Source: a virus
Reading direction: 5' to 3' (one strand)
Virus record (IMG/VR): IMGVR_UViG_3300010965_000002
Span: 1 to 64,000 of that record
DNA: 64,000 bases
Below, piece after piece: positions 9,084 through 19,189 of this stretch. The notes below the pieces were generated by a model. That model was not told where the DNA came from and made no database searches. It saw only the letters and a list, made by a program, of their open reading frames with translations. Both the position numbers and the translations under genes were made by a program. Numbering within the stretch: the first letter of the stretch is position 1; every line of letters begins with the position of its first letter.

Positions 9084-10070
9084 TTAGAACGCCAATCCCC
9101 ACTCGCGCAAGGCATTTCCCTTGGATGCAGCGGTCATAGCATTCAGGGTCTTTTCAGGCATAATCCAGAAGAAGAACAAGGCATGCTTGGCATTCGACAT
9201 GCCTGTATCCGAAACCAGCGTCCAGTTCTGTGGGCTGTGTTCTTCGATACGGGCGATCAAACGCTTGAGGTAGACATCACGCTCAATGTTCATATTGTCG
9301 GCCAACTCTGTGCGCAAGGCGATCAAGCGTTGACGCAACAGCACTGGGTATCCGTCCATGCGTTCGACTGGCAAGCCAGCCTGCTGCAACATTTCAGGTG
9401 TAACCATGCCATCAAAGATTGGCACCACAGGCAACTCGATCATGAACGCAGGCTTGTCACGCTTGTTCTGCGCTTCACGTCCCAGCTTGATACTGCTTTG
9501 TGCGAAGTGGGTGATAGCGTCACCGCTGATGCTCTCAATGGAAGGCATCGGTGTGGATTTCTGTCCCAGCTTTGTCAAATCAGCTTTCAGTTCGCGCAAG
9601 TAACCTTGCATCTGGGTGCTGACTTCTGGCAAGTGACTGGCCTCAACGTCAGCAGTCTTCAACGCACCACGCACCGTGCCCAGATAGTTGATGACTGTCT
9701 CTGCGCTGCGACGGGCCGCAACCACTTCACGGTTGCCACGACTCTCAGCCACACAGGCTTCATGCACTTTGCGCACCAAGGTCTCGATGTCTTGCAAACG
9801 CTCTTTGAGTTCAGGATTGACAACAGAACCCAACACTTTGATCGCATTAGCACTGCGACCTGCGTTGTTGACATTGGACAACTGCTTTTGATGCCAAGGC
9901 ACTTCTGGTGTAGCAGGCTGCTTCACTTCGACATTGGCTTTCACACCAGCCTTGCCACCAGCTTTCTTTGGTGCAGGCTTACCACCAACACGCTTGACAA
10001 CCTTCTGCGTCGGCTTGATGTTCAGTTCTGTCGCCACAACTTTGAGGCGGTCTTTCCAGTCTTTGCTCAT
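9084..10070 (-). CDS. Hypothetical protein
   Basis: 328-aa ORF downstream of topoisomerase A gene. Confidence 0.75.
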   Translation of the reverse strand: MSKDWKDRLKVVATELNIKPTQKVVKRVGGKPAPKKAGGKAGVKANVEVKQPATPEVPWHQKQLSNVNNAGRSANAIKVLGSVVNPELKERLQDIETLVRKVHEACVAESRGNREVVAARRSAETVINYLGTVRGALKTADVEASHLPEVSTQMQGYLRELKADLTKLGQKSTPMPSIESISGDAITHFAQSSIKLGREAQNKRDKPAFMIELPVVPIFDGMVTPEMLQQAGLPVERMDGYPVLLRQRLIALRTELADNMNIERDVYLKRLIARIEEHSPQNWTLVSDTGMSNAKHALFFFWIMPEKTLNAMTAASKGNALREWGLAF

Positions 10071-10072
10071 GA

Positions 10073-11533
10073 TTACTCCTTAGGCTGCAACTTTGCAACC
10101 AGACTTTGGATGTTCTTGATGACCCACGGTGCCGGGTCTTTGGCACGACCATGCAGCGTACTGCGTTGGTCGGTTTGTTCCTTCAACAACTTCGCCAGGC
10201 CGGTGTCTTCCAACTTCTTGAGTTGGCGAACACGCAAGTCAAAGATCACCTTGGCTTCTTGCGGCGTAATCTTCAAACGCTTTGCCAACTCTGCTTCCAT
10301 GCCCACGTCATCGAGGTCGCTGTCCAGCAACTTGATAATCAAGGAACGGTTTGCCACGGCCAACCGCAACAACTCAGTGTGCCGAATCTTCTTGTCCATC
10401 ACCCCGATCTGGTACTGCGTAGCACGTACCTCAATCGCCACACGCCACGTAACCCAGTCAGTGAGCAACTCTGGAATCGTTGTGCTGCGATTCACAATGT
10501 CACGCTTGCCTTCAACCAGGATACGCTCAGTGATGTTGGTCTTGAAGTTCTCTTTCGAGGAGAACGCTGCCGCAACCTTGCGCTTTGCCGCCGTCAACAA
10601 CTTGTTGTCCAGGCGCTTCATGACCACCACGAACTCAAAGCCGTTTTCGATACTGCTCAGGTCAATGATTTCCACGACCTCTGTGTATGCCGAAACCAGT
10701 TCCAACTTCTTGTTGATGTCGATTGGTGCGAAGCCCTTGAAGGCCATGCCATGCAGCTTTGCATTCCAAGTCCATTTGGAATTGAACACCACACTGCCTT
10801 CACCAGTCTTCATGTATTCAAGAATCTCGGCCTCGTAGTGCTCTTGGTCAACACGCCCGCCGCTTTCGCAAACGAACTTCAATGTTGTCGCACAAGTCTT
10901 GGGACTGATCTTCTTGCCTGAGCCATGCAGTTGCAACGCTTTGATCGTCACCTTGGCAACGCTCTGCACATCGAATGATGGAATGTAGCAAGTCGTACCC
11001 ACACCGATACCGTAGCTGCCATTGACCAACACGTTAGGCAGCGGCGTGTACAACACCAACGGCTCCTGATCTGTGTCGTCGTAGTTGGGCAGCAAATCCA
11101 TGACTGGCGTGTAGTACGGGTCAAAGATAGCGTCGCCGTAGGCAGTGAGCTTTGCGTTGGTGTATCGCATAGCCGCTGCCGTGTCTTTGAGAATGTTGCC
11201 CCAGTTACCTTCACCATAAACGGCAGGCACCATCTGGTTGACCATCGTGACCATCGCACCGTAGCAGGCTGTGTCGCCGTGAGGGTGATACTTACCAAGT
11301 ACGTCACCGACAATACGTGCGCTCTTGACTGGCTTGGGCATCTTGCTCCACAAACCGAGCTTGAACATGCCCCACAAGATTTTGCGGTGAACTGGCTTCA
11401 TGCCATCACGATAGTCAGGCAGCGCCCGATCTTCGTTAACTGCTTTGCCGTAGCGGGTCATCGCCATTTGACTGTATTCAGTCAGACCAAGGTTCTTGAT
11501 CTTTTCTTTCACTGGTTCTGTTGCGGTTGCCAT
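10073..11533 (-). CDS. gyrA: Type IIA topoisomerase subunit A (GyrA/ParC-like, no C-terminal pinwheel)
   Basis: RALPDYRDGMKPVHR, KSARIVGDVLGKYHPHGD, AAMRYT catalytic Tyr. Confidence 0.95.
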   Translation of the reverse strand: MATATEPVKEKIKNLGLTEYSQMAMTRYGKAVNEDRALPDYRDGMKPVHRKILWGMFKLGLWSKMPKPVKSARIVGDVLGKYHPHGDTACYGAMVTMVNQMVPAVYGEGNWGNILKDTAAAMRYTNAKLTAYGDAIFDPYYTPVMDLLPNYDDTDQEPLVLYTPLPNVLVNGSYGIGVGTTCYIPSFDVQSVAKVTIKALQLHGSGKKISPKTCATTLKFVCESGGRVDQEHYEAEILEYMKTGEGSVVFNSKWTWNAKLHGMAFKGFAPIDINKKLELVSAYTEVVEIIDLSSIENGFEFVVVMKRLDNKLLTAAKRKVAAAFSSKENFKTNITERILVEGKRDIVNRSTTIPELLTDWVTWRVAIEVRATQYQIGVMDKKIRHTELLRLAVANRSLIIKLLDSDLDDVGMEAELAKRLKITPQEAKVIFDLRVRQLKKLEDTGLAKLLKEQTDQRSTLHGRAKDPAPWVIKNIQSLVAKLQPKE

Positions 11534-11742
11534 TATTGGTTCTTTCCTGGTTTGATGTAGGCGTCACCATCTACCGAGATAGTGTGTTTGCACAAAGGAC
11601 ACTCAACCATGACGTATTCCTCATTGCGGTGAGTCTCGCACTTGGCTTCACCACGTTTGAAACGCACCTCGGTTTTGCAATGGTTGCATGTGGCTTCGTA
11701 CACACGTTCGCTGGGCAGACTTCCTTTTTTGATAATGTCCAT
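11533..11742 (-). CDS. Small zinc-ribbon protein
   Basis: CNHC..CPLC motifs. Confidence 0.7.
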   Translation of the reverse strand: MDIIKKGSLPSERVYEATCNHCKTEVRFKRGEAKCETHRNEEYVMVECPLCKHTISVDGDAYIKPGKNQ

Positions 11743-11743
11743 A

Positions 11744-12028
11744 TCAGTCTAAGCCTCTAACGTTGAAAAACTTTTTCAGTAGCCAGCGTTGAAACTGCGT
11801 CTCGGCCTTGACCAAGCGCCAACCTTCTTCGCGTGCTTTCCATGATGGAGTGAACACGCCTTTGCTTGTGTCCAACACCGCAGGCTCGGTGTCTGAGTAA
11901 ACACAGCAAGGCATGTTGTGATTGAAACCCATGCCGTAGTCGAAGTATGTAGGCTTCAACAACGGCGTGCGTTCCAATTCGGCAAGAGCAGCCCTTTGTT
12001 CTTCTTGAAAGGCTTCGTAGCTTTGCAT
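11744..12028 (-). CDS. Hypothetical protein
   Basis: ORF between the topoisomerase genes. Confidence 0.6.
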   Translation of the reverse strand: MQSYEAFQEEQRAALAELERTPLLKPTYFDYGMGFNHNMPCCVYSDTEPAVLDTSKGVFTPSWKAREEGWRLVKAETQFQRWLLKKFFNVRGLD

Positions 12029-12029
12029 G

Positions 12030-13883
12030 TTAGACACCGAGCATTTTCTTGCGGTACGTCGGGTCATCAGACATGATGAATCGGAACACCTTACCACCAT
12101 CGGTGGGCGGCATCACACGATACATGCGTCGAGTGTTCGGGTCAAACGCCAACTCACGCAACGTATCTGGATTTACTTCACCCCAACCCTTGATGTGCAG
12201 CGTTGTGTTCGGCACTTTACCACCGTTCAACTTTGCAATCGCTTCAAGGCTGTTGCCATAAACACGCTTGCCACCAACCTTCGCTGTGTACTCACTTGCC
12301 GCAACAATGAAGACTTTGCCCAAGTCAAACAGACGAGGCAAGTATTTGTACAGCAACGTCAAACCCAACGTGTTGATGTGGTATCCATCATCGTCAGGGT
12401 CACTCAGCCAGATGATGCGACCAACACGCAGATTCGACATCGGGTCTTTGTGCGAAGGGTCAAAGCCAATCGCTTTCAGGATGCCGATAACTTCTTCCGA
12501 AGCAAACACTTGCGAGTCTTTACTGCGCATGGAGTTCAGAATCTTGCCACGCAAGTAGAACACCTCTTGGTAGTCTTTGTTGCGGGCCAGCTTTGCAGTA
12601 CCGCCAGCCGAATCTCCTTCGACCAAGAACAGTTCACGCTTTTCAGGCTTGCACTTTGGACAGCCAGTTAGCTTGCCAGGCAGCAGCATCTTGCTCTTGC
12701 TACTAGGCTTGAGTTCACGCATCAACTTCTTGTTCTGTTGGAAGTCGAACGTTGCCTTGCGCAGTTCAGCCGCACGCTGTGTCAGGGCTTTCGCCATTGA
12801 CTTGTTCTTGTCCCAAAACTTCTTGAGCACGTCTTCGCACTCAGCAAGACAGGGCTTCGCAACCCGTTCGTCAACCAGTTTCTCTTTGGTCTGCGAATCG
12901 AAACGCGGGCTGGCAATCTTGTAGTTCAAGACGCCGATCATGCCTTCACGCAAGTCTGTCGGTGTGAAGTCACACTTAGGACCCTTGTAGTCTTTGAGAC
13001 TTCGGAACAAGGCATCGTAGAACGCCACCAAGTGCGTACCACCTTCCAAGTTGAACACCGTGTTGGTGTAAGCATTCATGGAAACGCCTTCGGCATCCGT
13101 GAAGGCAATTGCCAAGTCCATCTGCTTGCTGCTATGCACAAACATCTTGCCGACGAGGTTGGCTTTGCTTTCCGTTACCCGCTTCTCAATCAACTCAGTG
13201 ATACCACGCTTGCTCAACCAGGTCTTGGTCTTGCCATTCATGGTTGCACTGATCGTCAAACCCGGATTCATGTAGGCTGTCATTTCAGCCCAGTTGATAA
13301 CGTCTTTCGGCACCAGCTTGTGTTTGCCAAAGATCGTCGGGTCTGGAATGAAGCGAATGATCGTCCCAGTTTTTGGCGTCTTGCCATTCGGTAGCTTGGG
13401 CGCTTTGGCTTTAGTAACAGGCTTCTTCTCGTTGCCTGCTTCAAAGCGTGTGTGCCACCATTCGTTCTTTCGGCAAGTCCAAACGTCAAAAGCGCGGGAC
13501 AAAGCATTTGTTGCCTTGAGCCCCACGCCGTGCGTACCAATCGAAGTTGCATACGCACCACCTCCGGTTGCATCCATCTTGCCAGATGATTGCAGTGAGG
13601 TCAGTGCCACTGTCAGTGTGGACTTTTTCGCAACGGGGTGTTTCTCAACCGGGATGCCGCGTCCGGTGTCAACCACCCAGAGTTCGTCAGCGCCCAAGAA
13701 AATCTCTACCGACTTGTTGTTGCCTGCTTGGTATTCGTCAACCGCGTTGTCCATTGCTTCACGCAGAATCGTGAACACGCCTGTGTTGTCTACCGCCCCG
13801 ATATACATCTGGGGTTTGGCACGTACCTTGTGTAAGTCACTTTCAAAGTACGTGATGTTACTCGCGTCGTAAGTCTTAGCCAT
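12030..13883 (-). CDS. gyrB: Type IIA topoisomerase subunit B (GyrB/ParE-like)
   Basis: GHKL (EAMDNAVDE, DTGRGIP, GTHGVG), TOPRIM (LVEGDSAGG, LRGKILN, DPDDDG.HI). Confidence 0.95.
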   Translation of the reverse strand: MAKTYDASNITYFESDLHKVRAKPQMYIGAVDNTGVFTILREAMDNAVDEYQAGNNKSVEIFLGADELWVVDTGRGIPVEKHPVAKKSTLTVALTSLQSSGKMDATGGGAYATSIGTHGVGLKATNALSRAFDVWTCRKNEWWHTRFEAGNEKKPVTKAKAPKLPNGKTPKTGTIIRFIPDPTIFGKHKLVPKDVINWAEMTAYMNPGLTISATMNGKTKTWLSKRGITELIEKRVTESKANLVGKMFVHSSKQMDLAIAFTDAEGVSMNAYTNTVFNLEGGTHLVAFYDALFRSLKDYKGPKCDFTPTDLREGMIGVLNYKIASPRFDSQTKEKLVDERVAKPCLAECEDVLKKFWDKNKSMAKALTQRAAELRKATFDFQQNKKLMRELKPSSKSKMLLPGKLTGCPKCKPEKRELFLVEGDSAGGTAKLARNKDYQEVFYLRGKILNSMRSKDSQVFASEEVIGILKAIGFDPSHKDPMSNLRVGRIIWLSDPDDDGYHINTLGLTLLYKYLPRLFDLGKVFIVAASEYTAKVGGKRVYGNSLEAIAKLNGGKVPNTTLHIKGWGEVNPDTLRELAFDPNTRRMYRVMPPTDGGKVFRFIMSDDPTYRKKMLGV

Positions 13884-13931
13884 AAGAGCCCTCGTTATTG
13901 TTCACAAGTTATTTACAGTGTTGTAAAACGC

Positions 13932-14279
13932 CTACGCAGCCACCAGAACGCCTGCACTGTAGGGCAACGTCTGCAACTGCAACTCAGCAAGGCTGTGCTC
14001 GAACACATAACCATCACTACGCTTAACCAAGACAGGCGCTTCGTTACCAGGCACGACACCAAAACTCGTGGAGTGGTTGTAACCAGTCACTTCACCAGTC
14101 ATACCCTTAATGAGTTTGAAGTCAACTTTGGCACCAATGACAAAGCCTGCTGCTCGGGCAGCTTCATGTGCAGCCGCAACCTCAGTAGGTGTATTCGTAG
14201 TTGTCTTGGAACCAAGCAGCCTGCGCAGACTTTGCAGTTCTTCGTTAGGAAGAGAATCAAGTTTCAGACCAGCAATCAT
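13932..14279 (-). CDS. Hypothetical protein, paralog of 14276-14563
   Basis: Shared GF.IG.KV.F..G.V.G.N..AP..V..SDG..EHS..EL. Confidence 0.7.
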   Translation of the reverse strand: MIAGLKLDSLPNEELQSLRRLLGSKTTTNTPTEVAAAHEAARAAGFVIGAKVDFKLIKGMTGEVTGYNHSTSFGVVPGNEAPVLVKRSDGYVFEHSLAELQLQTLPYSAGVLVAA

Positions 14280-14563
14280 TTTGCAATCTCCAGTTCGCCT
14301 GTAGAGTGCTCCCGTTCTGCGCCATCGCTATGACGAACAATCAGAGGAGCGCGTTCACCTGTCATACGCAGGCCTTCGTGACGAATGGTATTGAAACCAA
14401 TCACGATGCCCGTATTGTCGCTGTTTCGGAACTTGACTTTAACACCAATGTCAAAGCCCATATTTTTAGCAGCTTGATGCGCACGGGTAATCGTTGCCAT
14501 AGGCTGTACGCTATCTTCGCGGGCATTGGTCAACAGACCAAGGTTGGTATTTATTTGTGTCAT
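14276..14563 (-). CDS. Hypothetical protein, paralog of 13932-14279
   Basis: Same shared motif; ATGA coupling. Confidence 0.7.
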   Translation of the reverse strand: MTQINTNLGLLTNAREDSVQPMATITRAHQAAKNMGFDIGVKVKFRNSDNTGIVIGFNTIRHEGLRMTGERAPLIVRHSDGAEREHSTGELEIAK

Positions 14564-14865
14564 GGTGAATCTATCCAATCAGGGTTAAACAAATCTATTG
14601 GTTCGCCTTTCCAGCGACCCTTCAACTTAATCCAGTTGCCAGGTGGATGGTCAGTTGTACCGTCCCACGCTGCCAGTGCTCGACTAGCCTCAGCGCGATT
14701 TTGGTAGCAGTAACGGCGCTCATAGGACGCTTCCGTCAAGCCAACAACGATTCCTCGTGTTGTCACGTAGTCATGCAAGCCGCATACATCGTCCTTGACC
14801 AGCTTCAAGTCAAAGTAGCCATTCAGGGCCATGCACTCTTGCAGTTCTTCGGTGATCGTTGTCAT
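14560..14865 (-). CDS. Hypothetical protein
   Basis: ORF in coupled operon. Confidence 0.7.
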   Translation of the reverse strand: MTTITEELQECMALNGYFDLKLVKDDVCGLHDYVTTRGIVVGLTEASYERRYCYQNRAEASRALAAWDGTTDHPPGNWIKLKGRWKGEPIDLFNPDWIDSP

Positions 14866-15464
14866 CCTATTACTCCACAGCTTATGACTTCGCTGATACG
14901 CGCTTTGAAGCCAGGCTTCTTCTCAAACATCACACCGCCTTTGTCCACCCAGTCGTTGACTGAGTAGATAGCATGATCGACAGCAAGTTCATCGGAATTG
15001 ATGTACAGGTTATTCGACGCCTTCACAGCGGCATACATCGGATGATCTTGCGGCACAACGAACAACCGAACCTTGTCAGGTATCTCGTTCCAGACAAGCA
15101 GGGTCTTTCGCGCTTTGCTTTCAGGTTCGTCAACAACGTCAATTGCCTGTTCAGCTTCTTTCACGAACGCTTTGTTGGCTTCCTGCTTGCACGCACCAAC
15201 AACACTGTCAAGGCAATCGTACACCTGCTGTGCTGAGTTGACCACCACACTGGCATCGTGGTACTCAGTGCATAAATGAACTTTGCCATTCTGCTCTGTT
15301 GCCCACCATTCCAGTTGCACCAACTTTCCAGCCAAGGTCTGTGCATACTCTGCACGATACATACCTTCAACTCGAACTTCGGAAACAGAAACGACTTTAA
15401 GCCTACGCTTGTCGGCACGCATTGTTTTTATCTTGCCTGCAAAGGCAGCCAACTTAGCACTCAT
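14862..15464 (-). CDS. Hypothetical protein
   Basis: ORF in coupled operon. Confidence 0.7.
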   Translation of the reverse strand: MSAKLAAFAGKIKTMRADKRRLKVVSVSEVRVEGMYRAEYAQTLAGKLVQLEWWATEQNGKVHLCTEYHDASVVVNSAQQVYDCLDSVVGACKQEANKAFVKEAEQAIDVVDEPESKARKTLLVWNEIPDKVRLFVVPQDHPMYAAVKASNNLYINSDELAVDHAIYSVNDWVDKGGVMFEKKPGFKARISEVISCGVIG

Positions 15465-16480
15465 TCTGAATTCTCCAATGAAAATTTCTTGTTTATCTTG
15501 CCAAGGTGTTTAGCTATTGCTATGGCACCAAGGTTCTTGTCTTTGCCTTCCCACATAATGTCAAAGCCGAAGGTTGCGGCATAGTCGATGCTGCGTGTGT
15601 GCCAAGGTGTTTGGCTATGTACTCTCAGTCCAGCGCGTGTGTTGCCTGCATCAATCAGCTTTGCTAAATGCAACTCTGATCGAGGCTTCGCGTTGCAAAG
15701 CTCGGGCGCAGACATTGCCAGATGCAGCTTGGGTTGCACGCCGCGCCACGTTGCTTTGATCGCCTTGACCAGTTTGTCTTTGGCGTCAAGCCGTTCGCCT
15801 TCATGTATCCAGTAATGATGCACATCGAGTACAAGAGGCACGATGTCACCAAAGGTTTCTACGATGCGTTCTGCACCCCAACTGAATTCGTCATTCTCCA
15901 ATGTCACGAAGTTGGCAATGGACTTGGAGGACTTCAACAACTTGCGCATTGCAGGCACAGCGGCGTCTTTCACACCAACATGGATGTTGACCGACAAGCC
16001 ATCAGGATGCCAACCAGTGTAACCCATACGTGTGAAGCAGTCGCAATGATACTGTAATTCCACACGACTGTTTTCTCGTATGCCAGGGTTCTGTGAACCA
16101 AGTACCACGAACTGACCGGGATGAAAACTCAGACGTACACCAAGTTCACGGGCTTTGTTGCCGCACCATAGCAAGCGTTTGTCGATCAGCGCCTCAACGT
16201 CAGTGTCATCATAGAACGCTTGCGTCACTGGGTGCGTTGCAACAGGTAGCAAGTCACTGCCGATACGCCACATGCGCAAAGGCGCTGGAAGCCGCCCAAC
16301 GTTTTCAATCTGAATGCGCAACGCCATCAGGTTGTGCTTCAAAATGTCAAGTAGCCAGGCGTGTTTTTCCGTAGAGGTCAGCGTCTGCAACTTGCGCACA
16401 GTCGTAACACGAAAATTAGACACGGGGACAGTTGTACCCTCCGTGTCTAACCACTTACACGCGCCACCTATGCGCATCAT
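15461..16480 (-). CDS. uvsE: UV-damage endonuclease UvsE/UvdE
   Basis: RIGSDLLP.ATHP, RLSFHPGQFVVL, NIHVG, LENDE, LVLDVHHY, PKLH, H. Confidence 0.92.
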   Translation of the reverse strand: MMRIGGACKWLDTEGTTVPVSNFRVTTVRKLQTLTSTEKHAWLLDILKHNLMALRIQIENVGRLPAPLRMWRIGSDLLPVATHPVTQAFYDDTDVEALIDKRLLWCGNKARELGVRLSFHPGQFVVLGSQNPGIRENSRVELQYHCDCFTRMGYTGWHPDGLSVNIHVGVKDAAVPAMRKLLKSSKSIANFVTLENDEFSWGAERIVETFGDIVPLVLDVHHYWIHEGERLDAKDKLVKAIKATWRGVQPKLHLAMSAPELCNAKPRSELHLAKLIDAGNTRAGLRVHSQTPWHTRSIDYAATFGFDIMWEGKDKNLGAIAIAKHLGKINKKFSLENSE

Positions 16481-17484
16481 CGTGGGTCTCGAAGAAATGT
16501 CAACACATCTTTCAGACTTTGATCGCGCACCTTCGAGTTACCACGGACAATTACGCTGCTCATTTTTTGGCAGCTTCGTACCGCTGCACCTTCGTCTGCA
16601 CCGCTCGTAATCGTCTTGCCCGTCTTGTAGTCGAAGCCTGTACCGTAACCGGCACCGGGCGTCAGCTTGATTTCAACATCGCAGTCAGCAAAAATTCCGT
16701 GATTGACACGATGATTGAAGTCTGTATCCCAGTCGTGGTAAGCGCCTTCATAGACTTTGTAAGAGACTTTGCCACCTGAAGTTGCAAGGCTTTTTGCGTA
16801 GGCAACGCAGTTCGCTGCTGGTGTATTGTCATCAAGCTCGGCAAGCATCATCAGCAACGGGGCAGGATTGGCTGCATTGTGGTCAACACGTCGGCGCATG
16901 TTGCAGCCACCGTACAGACCAATTGAACCAGCCCACTGCGCTTTGCTGTCAGCAAGTATTGGTTTTGAGAATGATGGAAAGGCCGCGTCCATCACAACCG
17001 TTCCGCCCAATGACCAACCCATGTGAAAGATTCGTTGACTGTCGATCTTGGGATGGGTCGCCAACAGTTTGAGCGCATGAATACTGTCGCTGATATTGCC
17101 TGTGATGTTGAACGCCAACTGTGCAGCACCTGTAGTAACGGTCATGGTACGCGGCTTGAAGCTATCAACAACAAACACGGCGATACCTTGAGCGTTTAAC
17201 TCTTTTGCCCAGAAGTCGTAGTAACGTGCCGCTGCGCCTTCGCTGCCGTGAGAGAAGACCACGGCGGGCACTTTACCCTCTGTCTTGACAGTAGGCATCA
17301 ACAGATCACCATAAACGGTGAGTGCCGGACCTAATTTTCCGTTTATCAGAGCATGACGATGATCAGGCGTTGAACTTTGAAACTCAATGCGACCTACTTG
17401 ACCTGCAGACAGATCAGACACAGGTGCAGCGTTGACGCTAACAACAGACAAGGCCAAGATAACAGATGCTACAAATTTTTTCAT
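16477..17484 (-). CDS. Secreted dienelactone-hydrolase-family alpha/beta hydrolase
   Basis: Signal peptide MKKFVASVILALSVVSVNA; HGSEG, GWSLGG nucleophile elbow, ELDD, GAYHDWD. Confidence 0.85.
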   Translation of the reverse strand: MKKFVASVILALSVVSVNAAPVSDLSAGQVGRIEFQSSTPDHRHALINGKLGPALTVYGDLLMPTVKTEGKVPAVVFSHGSEGAAARYYDFWAKELNAQGIAVFVVDSFKPRTMTVTTGAAQLAFNITGNISDSIHALKLLATHPKIDSQRIFHMGWSLGGTVVMDAAFPSFSKPILADSKAQWAGSIGLYGGCNMRRRVDHNAANPAPLLMMLAELDDNTPAANCVAYAKSLATSGGKVSYKVYEGAYHDWDTDFNHRVNHGIFADCDVEIKLTPGAGYGTGFDYKTGKTITSGADEGAAVRSCQKMSSVIVRGNSKVRDQSLKDVLTFLRDPR

Positions 17485-17537
17485 GATGATTTACTCCTGA
17501 TGATTTAAGAACAGGCCACCGAAGCGGCTCTGAATGA

Positions 17538-17882
17538 TTAACCGAAAATCGACGCTTGCTTTTCTTCATACGTTGAACCGACGTTGCCTTGATCGTAGCT
17601 CAGATCAGCACGGACGTTGGGGCCGAGGTCCCATTCGTACACGGTGTACGCAACGTAATTGTCTTCACACAATGCCCAGTCATGCTGACCAGCTTTCCAA
17701 GACTCCAACGCTTCCAGACTTGGGAAGAACTGGACGCTTGCTTCTTTGCCCCAGCCGCATGGCCAGGTGCTCATGTTGTACTTGACTGCGAAGACTGCAT
17801 CAGCAGGCCAGTCTTTGCCACCAGTCTGGTGAGACTCAATGTGCTTGACAAGGGCAGTGTTAACGGCGGGTGCGAGGGTCAT
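17538..17882 (-). CDS. Hypothetical protein
   Basis: GGAG SD; first gene after promoter. Confidence 0.7.
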   Translation of the reverse strand: MTLAPAVNTALVKHIESHQTGGKDWPADAVFAVKYNMSTWPCGWGKEASVQFFPSLEALESWKAGQHDWALCEDNYVAYTVYEWDLGPNVRADLSYDQGNVGSTYEEKQASIFG

Positions 17883-17936
17883 AGTTGGCTCCAGTTGGTA
17901 AGTTTATGAAATTTACGCATGTGCTGCGCATACTTC

Positions 17937-18056
17937 ATTATACCGCACTTTTCCGAAAATGTAAACCAAAAACCACAAAAAATGGCTGTTTTTCAGCCAT
18001 TTTGTGCTAAAAACCACGTTTTTCACGCTGTTTTTCGTGCATTTTCCGGTGTTTTC
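17937..18056 (-). promoter_or_regulatory. sigma70 promoter with upstream phased A-tracts
   Basis: TTTACA (17960-65)-17 bp-TATAAT (17937-42); about 9 A/T tracts at 10-11 bp spacing. Confidence 0.85.
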
Positions 18057-18259
18057 CAGCGTATAGCACAGCCCTGTGTGAACTCTGCTACCGCCAGGGT
18101 AGCATCTTTCTGGTTGTCTTTCACGACCAGTTTGGCAGGAATAACGTCAATGCTCATTGCGTCACACCAGGTGCGTAACTGGTTCGTGTTGCATTGCAAC
18201 CGCTTCCCATCATCACTGCTTTGTACGTAGTGCTCTCCAGCCCATAAAGAATACTTCAT
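18023..18259 (-). CDS. Hypothetical protein
   Basis: GGAG SD; C-terminus runs into the A-tract region. Confidence 0.5.
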   Translation of the reverse strand: MKYSLWAGEHYVQSSDDGKRLQCNTNQLRTWCDAMSIDVIPAKLVVKDNQKDATLAVAEFTQGCAIRWKTPENARKTA

Positions 18260-18285
18260 GATTTGACCATATCTCCAATGTGTTG

Positions 18286-18681
18286 TTATTGACCCAGCGG
18301 CTTGAATAGTTTGTCCGTATCATGTTGATACGGAAACTCCATGCCTGCTGGAAGTTCGATTGCTACACCTCGTGCGCTCAAGCCTTCACGAAACACACGG
18401 GTGATACGAATACCAAAGTTGACTGACAGCTTTTGTACGGTCAGAAAAACAACAGCGCCTTGTGACTTCCAGTGGTGTGGGTCACGCGGTTCTGCGTCAC
18501 CAACAGCCTGCTCGTCAACATCGCTGTACCAAACGTTTAACGTAGGATGCTTGCGTGCGCGAACAAAAGTGTCGGTGTTCTCAGGCTGAGCGTTGTCGAA
18601 CAGCATGATCGGAAAGTTTCCGCGATAAGGAAGAACAATATCACCTTCAACCAGCAGCGGTAGGGGTTTCGAGCTTTTCAT
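18286..18681 (-). CDS. Hypothetical protein
   Basis: ORF. Confidence 0.6.
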   Translation of the reverse strand: MKSSKPLPLLVEGDIVLPYRGNFPIMLFDNAQPENTDTFVRARKHPTLNVWYSDVDEQAVGDAEPRDPHHWKSQGAVVFLTVQKLSVNFGIRITRVFREGLSARGVAIELPAGMEFPYQHDTDKLFKPLGQ

Positions 18682-19189
18682 GTAGCACCGTAGTAGTGTC
18701 AAGAAGCGTGACTGCCCAACAGCCAAATGCGATGTTGCCCCAGTGGGACTGAGCACGCTTGATCGCATTGCTTTCGCCTTCTTCCAAATGGATGATATGG
18801 AGAGGCGTCTTGATCGTCCAGTCTTTGTTGACTAGACCCATGTGTGAGACAGGCACCGGAATGCCTGTAGTGTTTAGATGTGCGAACCATACACTGCGCA
18901 TGTGTTCATCCCAGTCAGGAAGATTCAACGCGGCTTTGTGTTTTGTATGCCAAACGTGACGAATGGGTGCGACGAGTACGGCCACAGCACCTTCGGTAGC
19001 AGGCATCCACCAGCATTGTGGCTTCTCAAGCGAGAGCACATCGTCTGGCCCAGGTTTTATCTTGCTGTTTAGAGTTGTCAACTGCCGCACAATCAAACCG
19101 TCAGCATGAATCTTCCCACGTAGGAAAAACGTTAGCTTTACGGCAGCAGCGTGCAGGTCGATCATTTGTTTTGGTTCACTGGATTCCAT
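18647..19189 (-). CDS. Hypothetical protein
   Basis: ORF. Confidence 0.6.
   Translation of the reverse strand: MESSEPKQMIDLHAAAVKLTFFLRGKIHADGLIVRQLTTLNSKIKPGPDDVLSLEKPQCWWMPATEGAVAVLVAPIRHVWHTKHKAALNLPDWDEHMRSVWFAHLNTTGIPVPVSHMGLVNKDWTIKTPLHIIHLEEGESNAIKRAQSHWGNIAFGCWAVTLLDTTTVLHEKLETPTAAG

Noticed and set aside
9039-10838. 599-aa + strand ORF, and other long antisense ORFs such as 20676-21566, 51546-52544 and 59945-61495
   Set aside because: Shadow frames opposite well-supported genes; no SD or recognisable motifs.
15461-16480. UvsE, Dcd, flap nuclease and SLT as novelties
   Set aside because: These families are already well known in large phages.
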